Below are positions 20,901 to 28,991 of a stretch of DNA of 64,000 nt, piece after piece. A model generated the notes under the pieces. The model did not search any database, was not told the origin of the DNA, and was given only the letters and a program-made list of their open reading frames with translations. The translations under genes were made by a program, and so were the position numbers. Positions within the stretch are counted from its first letter, which is position 1, and each line of letters starts with the position of its first letter. This DNA comes from a virus (lineage: Duplodnaviria; Heunggongvirae; Uroviricota; Caudoviricetes). Where the stretch lies: the IMG/VR virus record IMGVR_UViG_2681813318_000003; one strand, written 5' to 3'.

Positions 20901-21455
20901 TGGGGTAGGGTGCGGATAAACCACACTATAGAAGTTGTCTTTTCCACCCGCTGTAATCAGTGTGCTTATGATTTTTGCAAAATCGTTGCGTTGGAACACG
21001 CTACCGATGTCGGAAGTAAGCAGGATGATGTTGCCTTTGGCATATGTAGAAACCAACTGTTCGAGCGAGAGACGCGGTACAAAGTAGAACTGTTCTCGTG
21101 TGTTGGCCGCCGTCATTAGTTCGCAGATGTCGCGATATCCTTTCTCATTTTTAATTAGAGCGGTAAACGAGTAGTTACGTCCTCGCTCTAATGATTCCAT
21201 ACATCCCTTAGATTCTTTAGCAAGTTTAGCCCGGTGCTCGTATGTGGGATCATCAACGATATTTAGTTTCACACCACAAATAACCGCCATGTCGTCACCA
21301 GCGGCACGTTGTAGTGGAATAACACTCGCAATATTCATGCTATCTGCTGAAATTACAGCGGTGTAGCCAGCTTCTCTGGCAATCTTCACCGCGTTTTCTG
21401 CTTTTAAAGCCGACTCCCCAAGTGAGAAGTCAGTTCGAACCATCAGTGCCTTCAT
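17937..21455 (-). CDS. dnaE: DNA polymerase III alpha subunit (DnaE family)
   Basis: 1172 aa; polymerase core motifs [48 protein letters not shown]; N-terminal PHP-like region apparently degenerate. Confidence 0.9.
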   Translation of the reverse strand: [1172 protein letters not shown]

Positions 21456-21640
21456 GTGTTTTTACCTTTCTGGTTTTTTTTGATTTTGTCATTTGGGAAG
21501 CCTACGAACTTCCCATGCATCGAAATCGCAACTTCTTTTGCTGATTGGTGACAATCAGGCTTGTCTGGACACACCAGACAAGCCTTACCAGTTTCAGAAG
21601 CAGCGATAAGAGAGCCGAAACATCCTTTACGCACGATCAA
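21452..21640 (-). CDS. small Cys-rich hypothetical protein
   Basis: 62 aa with CxxC...C...C; overlaps neighbours at both ends; may be spurious because it spans the 5' leader of the polymerase gene. Confidence 0.25.
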   Translation of the reverse strand: MIVRKGCFGSLIAASETGKACLVCPDKPDCHQSAKEVAISMHGKFVGFPNDKIKKNQKGKNT

Positions 21641-22872
21641 CCAAATATTTTTTGAACAACTTCACGAGCCGCTTGTGCAGAAGCTGAAGGGAGTTTGTTA
21701 ATGAAAGAACGCTCAATACCTGTCACAAAGTCGCCTCGCATCATTCCAATCTTGGCCGACAACAAAAGTTCACGAGGGCCAATTGGCTGACTGATAAGGT
21801 GTTCTTCGTATCCATCGCGAACGATACCGGCAAACTTAACCATCTTTTCTGCGTATTCATCCACGATACCGGCATTTATCAACATGTTGATCTCTGCCTC
21901 TTTGCTCATGTATTTCACATTCGAAACGATGCCAAAACGCGAAAAGTTCGCGGCGTTCTGGATGTTTGTACCCTGGTACAAGCCGGTTTCATCACCAGAT
22001 CCGTTCGTGTTGCCAGTGCCAATGAAAGCAAACCGTTCATGCGGAGTAATGCGACGCCATTCTGGAGTTGCCTCTTTGATGACCAACGCTTCACCTTCCA
22101 GCACTGGCTGATACACGCCAAGAATTTGTGGAAACGCAAAGTCGTATTCATCCGCGAGGTAAACCCAGCCATGCTTCATTGCGAGCGCAAGCAAGCCAGG
22201 TTCGAAATACGTAGAGCCATCACGCGCCAGAATTTGCCCCGTAACATGTGCCTCTTCCATTGATGCTGTATGTTGGGCACGGATCAACGGACGATTGAGC
22301 AAAGCACATAGCTGTGTAGGCAATGACGATTTGCCTGTTCCTGCATGACCCCACAAATAGCCAGGTATGCCAAGTTCAAGCATCATGAAAATATCTTTGA
22401 TCAGTTCGAAGTCGCCATATACGTAGCCTTTCTTCACTTCGGGAACGAACTCTGGATACGGCGTATTGACGTTGACGCTAACCATGAGCGGCGTCCCACG
22501 TTTTGTTCCGAGTTCTTCCACCGTTACGTTTAGCAGTTCGTGAGCTGCGACCAGATCTGTCTTGTACTCAACTGTGCCTGTGTAGCCAGGGCTACTGGTC
22601 AAGCCAGAAGATTTGGCCATTTCGCTTTTTTGCTCGGCACGTTTAGCTTGAATTGCATCAAGTGCCTTTTTCGATAGCGTTGGTTCATCTGGAAACTGCG
22701 TTGTGTACATTTTCAGTACGGTGTCAGGATCGGCATCTTTTACTGACTCAGGAATGCCCTCGCAATTACCATTGGCTACATGGGACTTAAAATAGTGAAA
22801 TGATTTGCCGCACCACTTGCAAACAAGGTAATCAGAAGGATTTTTTTCATTTTGCAGTGCAGTAGTCGTCAT
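21637..22872 (-). CDS. CobS/MoxR-like AAA+ ATPase
   Basis: 411 aa; Walker A GHAGTGKSS, Walker B VYLADEYDF; N-terminal CxxC...C zinc-ribbon-like; paired with a downstream vWA protein. Confidence 0.65.
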   Translation of the reverse strand: MTTTALQNEKNPSDYLVCKWCGKSFHYFKSHVANGNCEGIPESVKDADPDTVLKMYTTQFPDEPTLSKKALDAIQAKRAEQKSEMAKSSGLTSSPGYTGTVEYKTDLVAAHELLNVTVEELGTKRGTPLMVSVNVNTPYPEFVPEVKKGYVYGDFELIKDIFMMLELGIPGYLWGHAGTGKSSLPTQLCALLNRPLIRAQHTASMEEAHVTGQILARDGSTYFEPGLLALAMKHGWVYLADEYDFAFPQILGVYQPVLEGEALVIKEATPEWRRITPHERFAFIGTGNTNGSGDETGLYQGTNIQNAANFSRFGIVSNVKYMSKEAEINMLINAGIVDEYAEKMVKFAGIVRDGYEEHLISQPIGPRELLLSAKIGMMRGDFVTGIERSFINKLPSASAQAAREVVQKIFG

Positions 22873-22967
22873 GCGTTTTTCCTTTGTTCTCTAATGAGCG
22901 TTCAACTTCTTATATAAATATATCATCATCTATCGTAAGTGGTTACTTATCGTTAAGGCTGTTTTGT

Positions 22968-25076
22968 TCACTTTAAAATGATACGAGATAGTTCAGTAAC
23001 TACAGATGAACCAAGACTATCAACGCTCGTTACCAGGGCATGATTTGAGTAAAATCTCTCCGGTGCGTCAGTCATGATGCCAATTGCCATCAAATCAATA
23101 TCAGTCTGCGTTTCAATTTGCTTCGCAACTGAACGCAAATGAGCGTCAAAACCTCTCCCAACAGCCCACGGCGCGCCATCACTCAGAACAAGCATGATCT
23201 TCCTGTCCTCCAAGCGACCGGAAAATAACGATGCAAGGCTGGCTATGCTTTCACCATCCACGTTATTAAGAAGTGGGAATGTGTAGCCTACGCACCCCAT
23301 ACGTGAGCGAACTTCGCGAGAATTTACCTTTTCATTCCAATTTTTGATGATAGGTAGCATTAAAGATTCAAAGCGAGAGAACTCATACTTGACAGCCTTA
23401 AGTTCTCCTGCCGCCATATGACTACCAAATGTAGTGAAGCCGGTGATAATGTTGGGAACATTTATTCGATCAAGGGCATCTGCGATGGTATATGCACTTG
23501 CAAGAGCCAATTGTATCGTTATACCACTCATTGAACCTGATAAATCAATCACTTGTTGAACACAGGCGTTAACGGCTTTAGATTCTTCTTTTTTACGAAA
23601 CACGCGATCATCATTCATTGCTAATCTGTAGATACTAGAACCATGAATGCGCCCCCGACGCTGGCCCGGTATAAACTGAACTCTGTTTCTGCTTGCTATT
23701 GCTCGCTCCAGGTCTTTTGCCAGCGTCGACGAAACACCTGACGAAAGATGCTTTTCAATATATTTGTCGAAGAGCTGGTTGCCTTCAGGAACGATGCGAT
23801 AGCGGCTGATTGGATATCCTCCTAAATCAATATCGGAGAATGTTTTAATAAGCCGTTTGATATGGGCTTCTGCCTGATCAATCGAGCCGATGAAGTCGTA
23901 TGAGCGATTGTATGGCCTGTATTCGCTTTTCGAGCTTTCTGTTAACTCGCTTTTAATCGTTTCGGATAGAGCATCTTCTGTCATGCCTCCGACTTCATCT
24001 TCTATGCTATCCAGCTCCTCTAAAGCCTCTTCCAGACTCATTTTTGACGGAGTTGGAATATCTGAAGAGCCGTCTTCTGTCGTTTTTCTTTTTTCGTGGT
24101 CAGCGATAAATGATTCTGACACCGCGTTATCAGAAGCATCAGAATCTGATACCTCTTTATCATTTTCTGTATCATCGAATATTGTTTCTGATGATTCAGA
24201 ATTATCTGAATCATCACTGTCGTTATTATCATGTTTGTGCTTACTGTGTGATTCTGATTTGATAGATTTGTGATTATCTAACGCTGAGGGTGTCTCATGA
24301 TCTTCGTTGTCTTCATTGTTTTCTCCAGAGGCATCCGTCTGGTCAGCGTCTGAAGGATCGGAAGTTTTTCCCGGAGCTGACTCCTTACCTTTGCTTTCAC
24401 TTTCAGTGTCTTTGAGGATCTTAGCTATGGTCGCAGCCACCTTTACACAATCCTCGGTGCAAGACATGTTACGCACGGCCACATCGATACCATGTTCTTT
24501 TAATAATGAAATTGGTTTCTCAATGACAGGCCAATATTCATCCATGAAATCTACGAACGGTGCTTGGCCATCCCAGGCTCTTACAACCGGACAGAGAAAG
24601 AAGTTTAGAAAAAGCGCGCGCTGATCTTTGCCACAATAAGCAATAGCCTCTGAAGCCTTTGGTTTAAAGACTTTTTCGATTATAAGGCGCTGAGTTGCCA
24701 TCAGATTACGTCTTGTTCCGTTAAAGACCTGACCCATTTTTCGCTCGATGAACACGTCTTCTAAGGCATTCCATAGCGACCAGGAAGGAACGCGTCCTTT
24801 TTCTCTCATTTTGTTGGACACACGAATATCGGTAAACAAAATGTGAGCAACCTCATGATCGAGAAATCCGCGCACAGCATTCATCAATGCCGGTGTTGCG
24901 TTATCCGGGATTGATGGGATGTTTACGAGAATTGGCTCTCCATCATCGTTATAGCGTACATAAGCGTCGTCCCCTCGTTCTGCAACAGGGATGTTTTTAC
25001 CTGAAAGGAGAGCGACTACTCGTTTTACACTGTCACGGAAGTCCTGAACCTCTTTGATAGAACGTTTTTTAGACAT
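22968..25076 (-). CDS. CobT-like von Willebrand factor A domain protein with long acidic Ser/Asp-rich linker
   Basis: 702 aa; C-terminal vWA MIDAS motif DLSGSMSG; central low-complexity acidic region (about aa 220-330). Confidence 0.65.
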   Translation of the reverse strand: MSKKRSIKEVQDFRDSVKRVVALLSGKNIPVAERGDDAYVRYNDDGEPILVNIPSIPDNATPALMNAVRGFLDHEVAHILFTDIRVSNKMREKGRVPSWSLWNALEDVFIERKMGQVFNGTRRNLMATQRLIIEKVFKPKASEAIAYCGKDQRALFLNFFLCPVVRAWDGQAPFVDFMDEYWPVIEKPISLLKEHGIDVAVRNMSCTEDCVKVAATIAKILKDTESESKGKESAPGKTSDPSDADQTDASGENNEDNEDHETPSALDNHKSIKSESHSKHKHDNNDSDDSDNSESSETIFDDTENDKEVSDSDASDNAVSESFIADHEKRKTTEDGSSDIPTPSKMSLEEALEELDSIEDEVGGMTEDALSETIKSELTESSKSEYRPYNRSYDFIGSIDQAEAHIKRLIKTFSDIDLGGYPISRYRIVPEGNQLFDKYIEKHLSSGVSSTLAKDLERAIASRNRVQFIPGQRRGRIHGSSIYRLAMNDDRVFRKKEESKAVNACVQQVIDLSGSMSGITIQLALASAYTIADALDRINVPNIITGFTTFGSHMAAGELKAVKYEFSRFESLMLPIIKNWNEKVNSREVRSRMGCVGYTFPLLNNVDGESIASLASLFSGRLEDRKIMLVLSDGAPWAVGRGFDAHLRSVAKQIETQTDIDLMAIGIMTDAPERFYSNHALVTSVDSLGSSVVTELSRIILK

Positions 25077-25174
25077 GGCTAATCCTTTGTTATGAAAACA
25101 AATTATTTACTAGTGTGTTTAATGTAGCACTGCGCGAACAGGGAACTAAGCCATTCGCGCAGGGAGAAGAGGGG

Positions 25175-25387
25175 TTAACAGATTCTGACGGCTAAAGACC
25201 CGGAGCCGGTATTGAGAAGCGTGAAGCGTTTGTTGTTAAGTTCGAATATAAAGCCAGTTGTGTCATTCACACCAACCTGAATCTGCTCATTCGGTAGATC
25301 GGTGAGGATGTCAGCTACACACTCATCAGCTAATTTCTGTACGTGTCCGATCTCAAGAGCGATTAGGCTGGAAATAGTGGTGTTCAT
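25175..25387 (-). CDS. hypothetical protein
   Basis: 70 aa ORF divergent from the XRE regulator gene. Confidence 0.4.
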   Translation of the reverse strand: MNTTISSLIALEIGHVQKLADECVADILTDLPNEQIQVGVNDTTGFIFELNNKRFTLLNTGSGSLAVRIC

Positions 25388-25638
25388 TCAATCAATCCAT
25401 TCTAACTTATACTATGGTAAGGAATACTACTAAAATTTGTATCAATACTGAATACATTCATATCATATGCAAGTTAATTTTCTTACCTATTTTGGGCTAG
25501 TTTTTCTCCGTGCAATGGCCTTTAACCGGTCTTTTAAGTGCCTATCGAAAAAAATGATAATAGCTTTACAACCCTAACCTTTGATGTAATATCGGTAAGC
25601 ACTTACCAGAGAGAATTGAACGCGCAAAGGTTGTAACC

Positions 25639-26025
25639 ATGTCTGATAACAAGATTGAATTTATAGAAAGTCGCTACGCTGCTTTTATCGCAGGGTTGAT
25701 TGAATCCTCACCTATGAGCCAGGCCCAGATAGCCAAAACAATTGGGTATAAAAACGCCAACAACCTTTCTTTAATTAAAAGCGGCAAAATTCCTTTGCCT
25801 ATCGATAAGGTTCGTCCGCTGGCGCTGGCACTGGGTATTGAGCCAAGTCGTCTTATGATGATGGTGCTGGAAGAACGCCAACCCGAACTCGCAGCATTTT
25901 TATACAAAGAAGGCACTGCTCCTCTTAACGAGGACGAAAAACAGGTTCTTGCTGCATATAACGAGCGATTCGGTAAAGAGAAAGGCGCATCACAAAAGGT
26001 TGTTGAGGCCATAAAGTCTCTATGA
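25639..26025 (+). CDS. XRE-family helix-turn-helix transcriptional regulator (candidate repressor)
   Basis: 128 aa; HTH segment MSQAQIAKTIGYKNANNLSLIKSGK; AAAGG RBS; divergent 250 bp control region upstream containing a GGTAAGCACTTACC palindrome. Confidence 0.65.
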   Translation: MSDNKIEFIESRYAAFIAGLIESSPMSQAQIAKTIGYKNANNLSLIKSGKIPLPIDKVRPLALALGIEPSRLMMMVLEERQPELAAFLYKEGTAPLNEDEKQVLAAYNERFGKEKGASQKVVEAIKSL

Positions 26026-27123
26026 AAAATTTACACGAATAAGCTCTGTTGATAGACGATCTCCCTTAAATTTGTGGTCAATTTCGTCTAAATCCGGTTG
26101 CTCTACGATTGATGCGATGTACGTCGAGAAACTTTCTAAGGCGTCTCGCATCTCGTCCATATAATCGTGCCGGTCGTAGACCCGATCTATCCCCTCAAGA
26201 CTGTGGTTCATGATTTTACGTGATACCTCCTGGCTTATGCCTAATGCTGGGAAGTAACTACGCGCAGTACGGCGCAAATCTCGGGGTGTAAATGGCTCAA
26301 GCTCCATCAGTTCTGGTCGTTCCAGAATACGACGTAATGCCTGGGCTATTGCCACTTTAGACATAGGAAGGTCTTTCCCGATTTTTTTATTCGAAGGCAC
26401 GAGCCACTGGCTGTCTTTACCGTATTCGAACAACTCTTCAATGCATGTGCGCATTAATGTGCTTAAAGGCAGCGAATGCTCACGTGCTGACTTGTTTCTC
26501 TTGCCTTGATTCCAAACCCCACGCTTAAGATTGAACTCACTTTTTTTAGCCCGCAGTACTTCGTCAGGTCGTCTTGCTGATACAAGACACAGTCTGGCCG
26601 CCCATTTTGTACCAGCGCACACATTGAAGTAGTCCCATATATTCCAGAACACCCATACCTCTGCGTCAGTCAGCTTCCGCTCGCGGGGCGTGGGCTTTGC
26701 GCCACCGGCAACTTTGTTAAGTGACATATCGTTTAACGGTGACACGTCTATCATCCCCTGGAAGGCGCACCAGCTAAGGAACTGCTTCATCAGAGAGAAA
26801 ACGCGGCGGCCCATAACAATTTTGCCATCCAGTATTAGTGGGTTGACCAGTTGGTTCACCATGAACCTATTAATGTCACTTACTTTTACATCGGCAATGT
26901 GCGGCAAAACATGTATCAAAATACAATGAACAGCGATCTCTGGCCGACGTCTGGTTATCAGCAGAGATAAGCGAGTGAATAACAGGAATGCGTCCGAGAA
27001 TCTCATGTCATTGCTGACCTGGGAGATCATAACGGCCTGCATTTGAGATGCTCTTTCGAGATACTCTATCGCCTCTTTTGAGGTGTTCTCCGCAGCGCGT
27101 GCTCTGTCAAAGCTATTTTTCAT
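26020..27123 (-). CDS. tyrosine site-specific recombinase (integrase/resolvase family)
   Basis: 367 aa; C-terminal catalytic region PRDLRRTARSYF...KIMNHSLEGIDRVYDRHDY (R..H..R..Y arrangement). Confidence 0.8.
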   Translation of the reverse strand: MKNSFDRARAAENTSKEAIEYLERASQMQAVMISQVSNDMRFSDAFLLFTRLSLLITRRRPEIAVHCILIHVLPHIADVKVSDINRFMVNQLVNPLILDGKIVMGRRVFSLMKQFLSWCAFQGMIDVSPLNDMSLNKVAGGAKPTPRERKLTDAEVWVFWNIWDYFNVCAGTKWAARLCLVSARRPDEVLRAKKSEFNLKRGVWNQGKRNKSAREHSLPLSTLMRTCIEELFEYGKDSQWLVPSNKKIGKDLPMSKVAIAQALRRILERPELMELEPFTPRDLRRTARSYFPALGISQEVSRKIMNHSLEGIDRVYDRHDYMDEMRDALESFSTYIASIVEQPDLDEIDHKFKGDRLSTELIRVNFS

Positions 27124-27221
27124 ATGACAATCACCGAGTTACGCCGATGCACTGTATAAGTAAACAGTATATTAGGCATAGATTCTTATAGGATCAAGAG
27201 TAAAAGTAACTCATTTTCAGC

Positions 27222-27254
27222 AATGATTCCATACATAGTAGGTATGGAATCATT
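27222..27254. other. candidate recombination core site: 13 bp perfect inverted repeat with 7 bp spacer
   Basis: AATGATTCCATAC-ATAGTAG-GTATGGAATCATT, about 100 bp upstream of the recombinase start; lox/dif-like geometry; extra half-site at 27259-27267. Confidence 0.5.
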
Positions 27255-27445
27255 TAAGGTATGGAATTTAAATTCTGTAATATTAGAGGGGCATTACTTC
27301 GGAAATCGTGAACCTTTACATGTGAGGATTATTGTTCTATTTTTGCTGGGACACGTCGTAGCGCCGCCGGGATTATTAGGCTCGATATTGAGATTTTGAG
27401 CAGAGAGTAGGTTAAGAAGAGGCAATGACCGCTATTGCTTTCAGA

Positions 27446-27862
27446 TCAGGAGGCGTGAAAGTTTTCTGCAACGTTTGAAAAATATTTTAGTAGCCTAGTA
27501 TCTCTTGCAGACATGCGAACATGAGCTGGAGTGACTAACCCCATCAGCAAATAACGACCGTTCTCCCACATATGCTCGGTATAGATCAGATAGTGATCTG
27601 AAGTTCGGTTGTAGTTTTCTTGCCTTACACTCCAGGTTAACTGGAAATGTAAATTTACGTGAATATGTTGGACGTTAGCGTCAACGGCAAACGGAGGAAA
27701 ATCGAATGGCGCATCTCTACCAAGAAGATTGGACGGGTTGCCAGTTGATTTGTAGGTAATGAACTCAGTTTTGAGCTGATTTTCTAGATCAGGATAAACG
27801 GCAAAAGTAGGTTGAAAAAACTCTACCCATGTCTCTTGACTGTATTCAGCCGTTAATGCCAT
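27446..27862 (-). CDS. YafO-like type II toxin (ribosome-dependent mRNA interferase family)
   Basis: 138 aa; motif series FITYKSTGNP..GRDAPFD, VQHIHV, NYNRTSDHYLIY, LLMGLVTPAH, ARDTRL, AENF matches E. coli YafO as recalled from memory (needs HMM confirmation). Confidence 0.5.
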   Translation of the reverse strand: MALTAEYSQETWVEFFQPTFAVYPDLENQLKTEFITYKSTGNPSNLLGRDAPFDFPPFAVDANVQHIHVNLHFQLTWSVRQENYNRTSDHYLIYTEHMWENGRYLLMGLVTPAHVRMSARDTRLLKYFSNVAENFHAS

Positions 27863-28401
27863 TTGACTGCAGCCTTGTTGCCTGTCGCCAATAGATGATT
27901 CATGGCAACGAGGTTTACGCCAGAGTCACGTACTACAGAGGTGCGTGTAATCTGGTCGATCAGATTTAGATAATTTTTGGCCGCAATACTGACCATTTTA
28001 ATAGCTTTAAAGAAGGCAAACTCTACAGCGTTTTTGTCGTAAGACAAAATGACATCTTTTTCAGGTAACATCAAAACGAAAGATTCTGCGATTGCGGCTA
28101 CATGAATCGTTTGATTTTTAATTTCTTCCGCTACATTGACAGCAGCAAAAAAATCAGTGTCAGCATAACGAGCAAGTTCAGCGCGGCTTGAGCGCAGTTC
28201 TGTCGCTAGCTCATTAAGAGCTGCTGTAAGATCGCTGATGTCGGTTTTGTTGACTCTAGCGCCCATCTCATAAACCCGCTCTACAATAGTGGGCTGGCAC
28301 GCAACCGCTTTTGGTTGCGGCTGGATGCTGGCAAGAACCAGTGCCACTGCTGCCTGTAAATGCTGGATTTTAAATTTCACGATAGACTCCATAATCGTCA
28401 T
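27853..28401 (-). CDS. hypothetical protein, candidate cognate antitoxin
   Basis: 182 aa ORF overlapping the toxin start by 10 nt (operon); does not resemble YafN/Phd-type antitoxins; start codon uncertain. Confidence 0.45.
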   Translation of the reverse strand: MTIMESIVKFKIQHLQAAVALVLASIQPQPKAVACQPTIVERVYEMGARVNKTDISDLTAALNELATELRSSRAELARYADTDFFAAVNVAEEIKNQTIHVAAIAESFVLMLPEKDVILSYDKNAVEFAFFKAIKMVSIAAKNYLNLIDQITRTSVVRDSGVNLVAMNHLLATGNKAAVKWH

Positions 28402-28528
28402 TTCTCGACGAGGCGTAGTATTCTACTACTGAATTTAACTATAAGCTAAAAAAACTTGGTTGCATAGACGACTGAGACTGCAAAACACGAAATGAAAAAT
28501 TAAAGGCCGCTTTCACGGCCCTTTAAAG

Positions 28529-28774
28529 TCAAAGTGTGCTGACATATGCGGCCAGCTCTGTGTATCCGCCAATAGGTTGGCCATCGATCAGCACTTGGGG
28601 GATAGTCTCTACCGGTTTACCAACAATTTCGCTAAGTTTTTCCTTGTCGATACCGGCAGTTGTGATGTCGATGTACTCATAATCACCGTAGCCATGTCCC
28701 TTTAGTTGCTTCGCCAGCTCGACCGCACGTTTGCAGTATGAGCAGTTATCTCGTCCGTAGATAACGACTTTCAT
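28529..28774 (-). CDS. glutaredoxin (RNR electron donor type)
   Basis: CSYC active site near N-terminus and PQVLIDGQPIGGY C-terminal motif; start set at ATG 28774 (track uses upstream GTG). Confidence 0.85.
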   Translation of the reverse strand: MKVVIYGRDNCSYCKRAVELAKQLKGHGYGDYEYIDITTAGIDKEKLSEIVGKPVETIPQVLIDGQPIGGYTELAAYVSTL

Positions 28775-28890
28775 CACTTCACCTCGTGCAACTGCTGTTC
28801 ATTAACGATGATTGTGTCAATTTCGTAGCCGTGGATGCGTTTCACTGCCTGACGAGCTGCGCGACGCGCCTGTTTACGTTTGTTTCCCAT
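28771..28890 (-). CDS. small basic protein (39 aa)
   Basis: Manual translation MGNKRKQARRAARQAVKRIHGYEIDTIIVNEQQLHEVK; AAAGGA RBS; stop overlaps the glutaredoxin start (TGATG); below track cutoff. Confidence 0.3.
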
Positions 28891-28991
28891 ATTGAGTCCT
28901 TTCAAGTGAGTAAGTGTCGTGACTATAGCTAAAATGAATAAGTGAGTCATTACCTATTTAATGTGTTGGGTTACTAAGCAGAAATGGCTTT

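Noticed and set aside
17937-21455. DnaE-like gene as a pseudogene because the N-terminal PHP domain lacks canonical His residues
   Set aside because: The ORF is intact over 1172 codons with conserved polymerase core motifs; a degenerate PHP domain is better explained as divergence than as inactivation.
26020-27123. Tyrosine recombinase as evidence of a chromosomally integrating prophage
   Set aside because: The co-resident iteron replicon and partition system argue for plasmid-prophage maintenance; the recombinase may serve multimer resolution. An attachment function cannot be excluded, so no att site is claimed.
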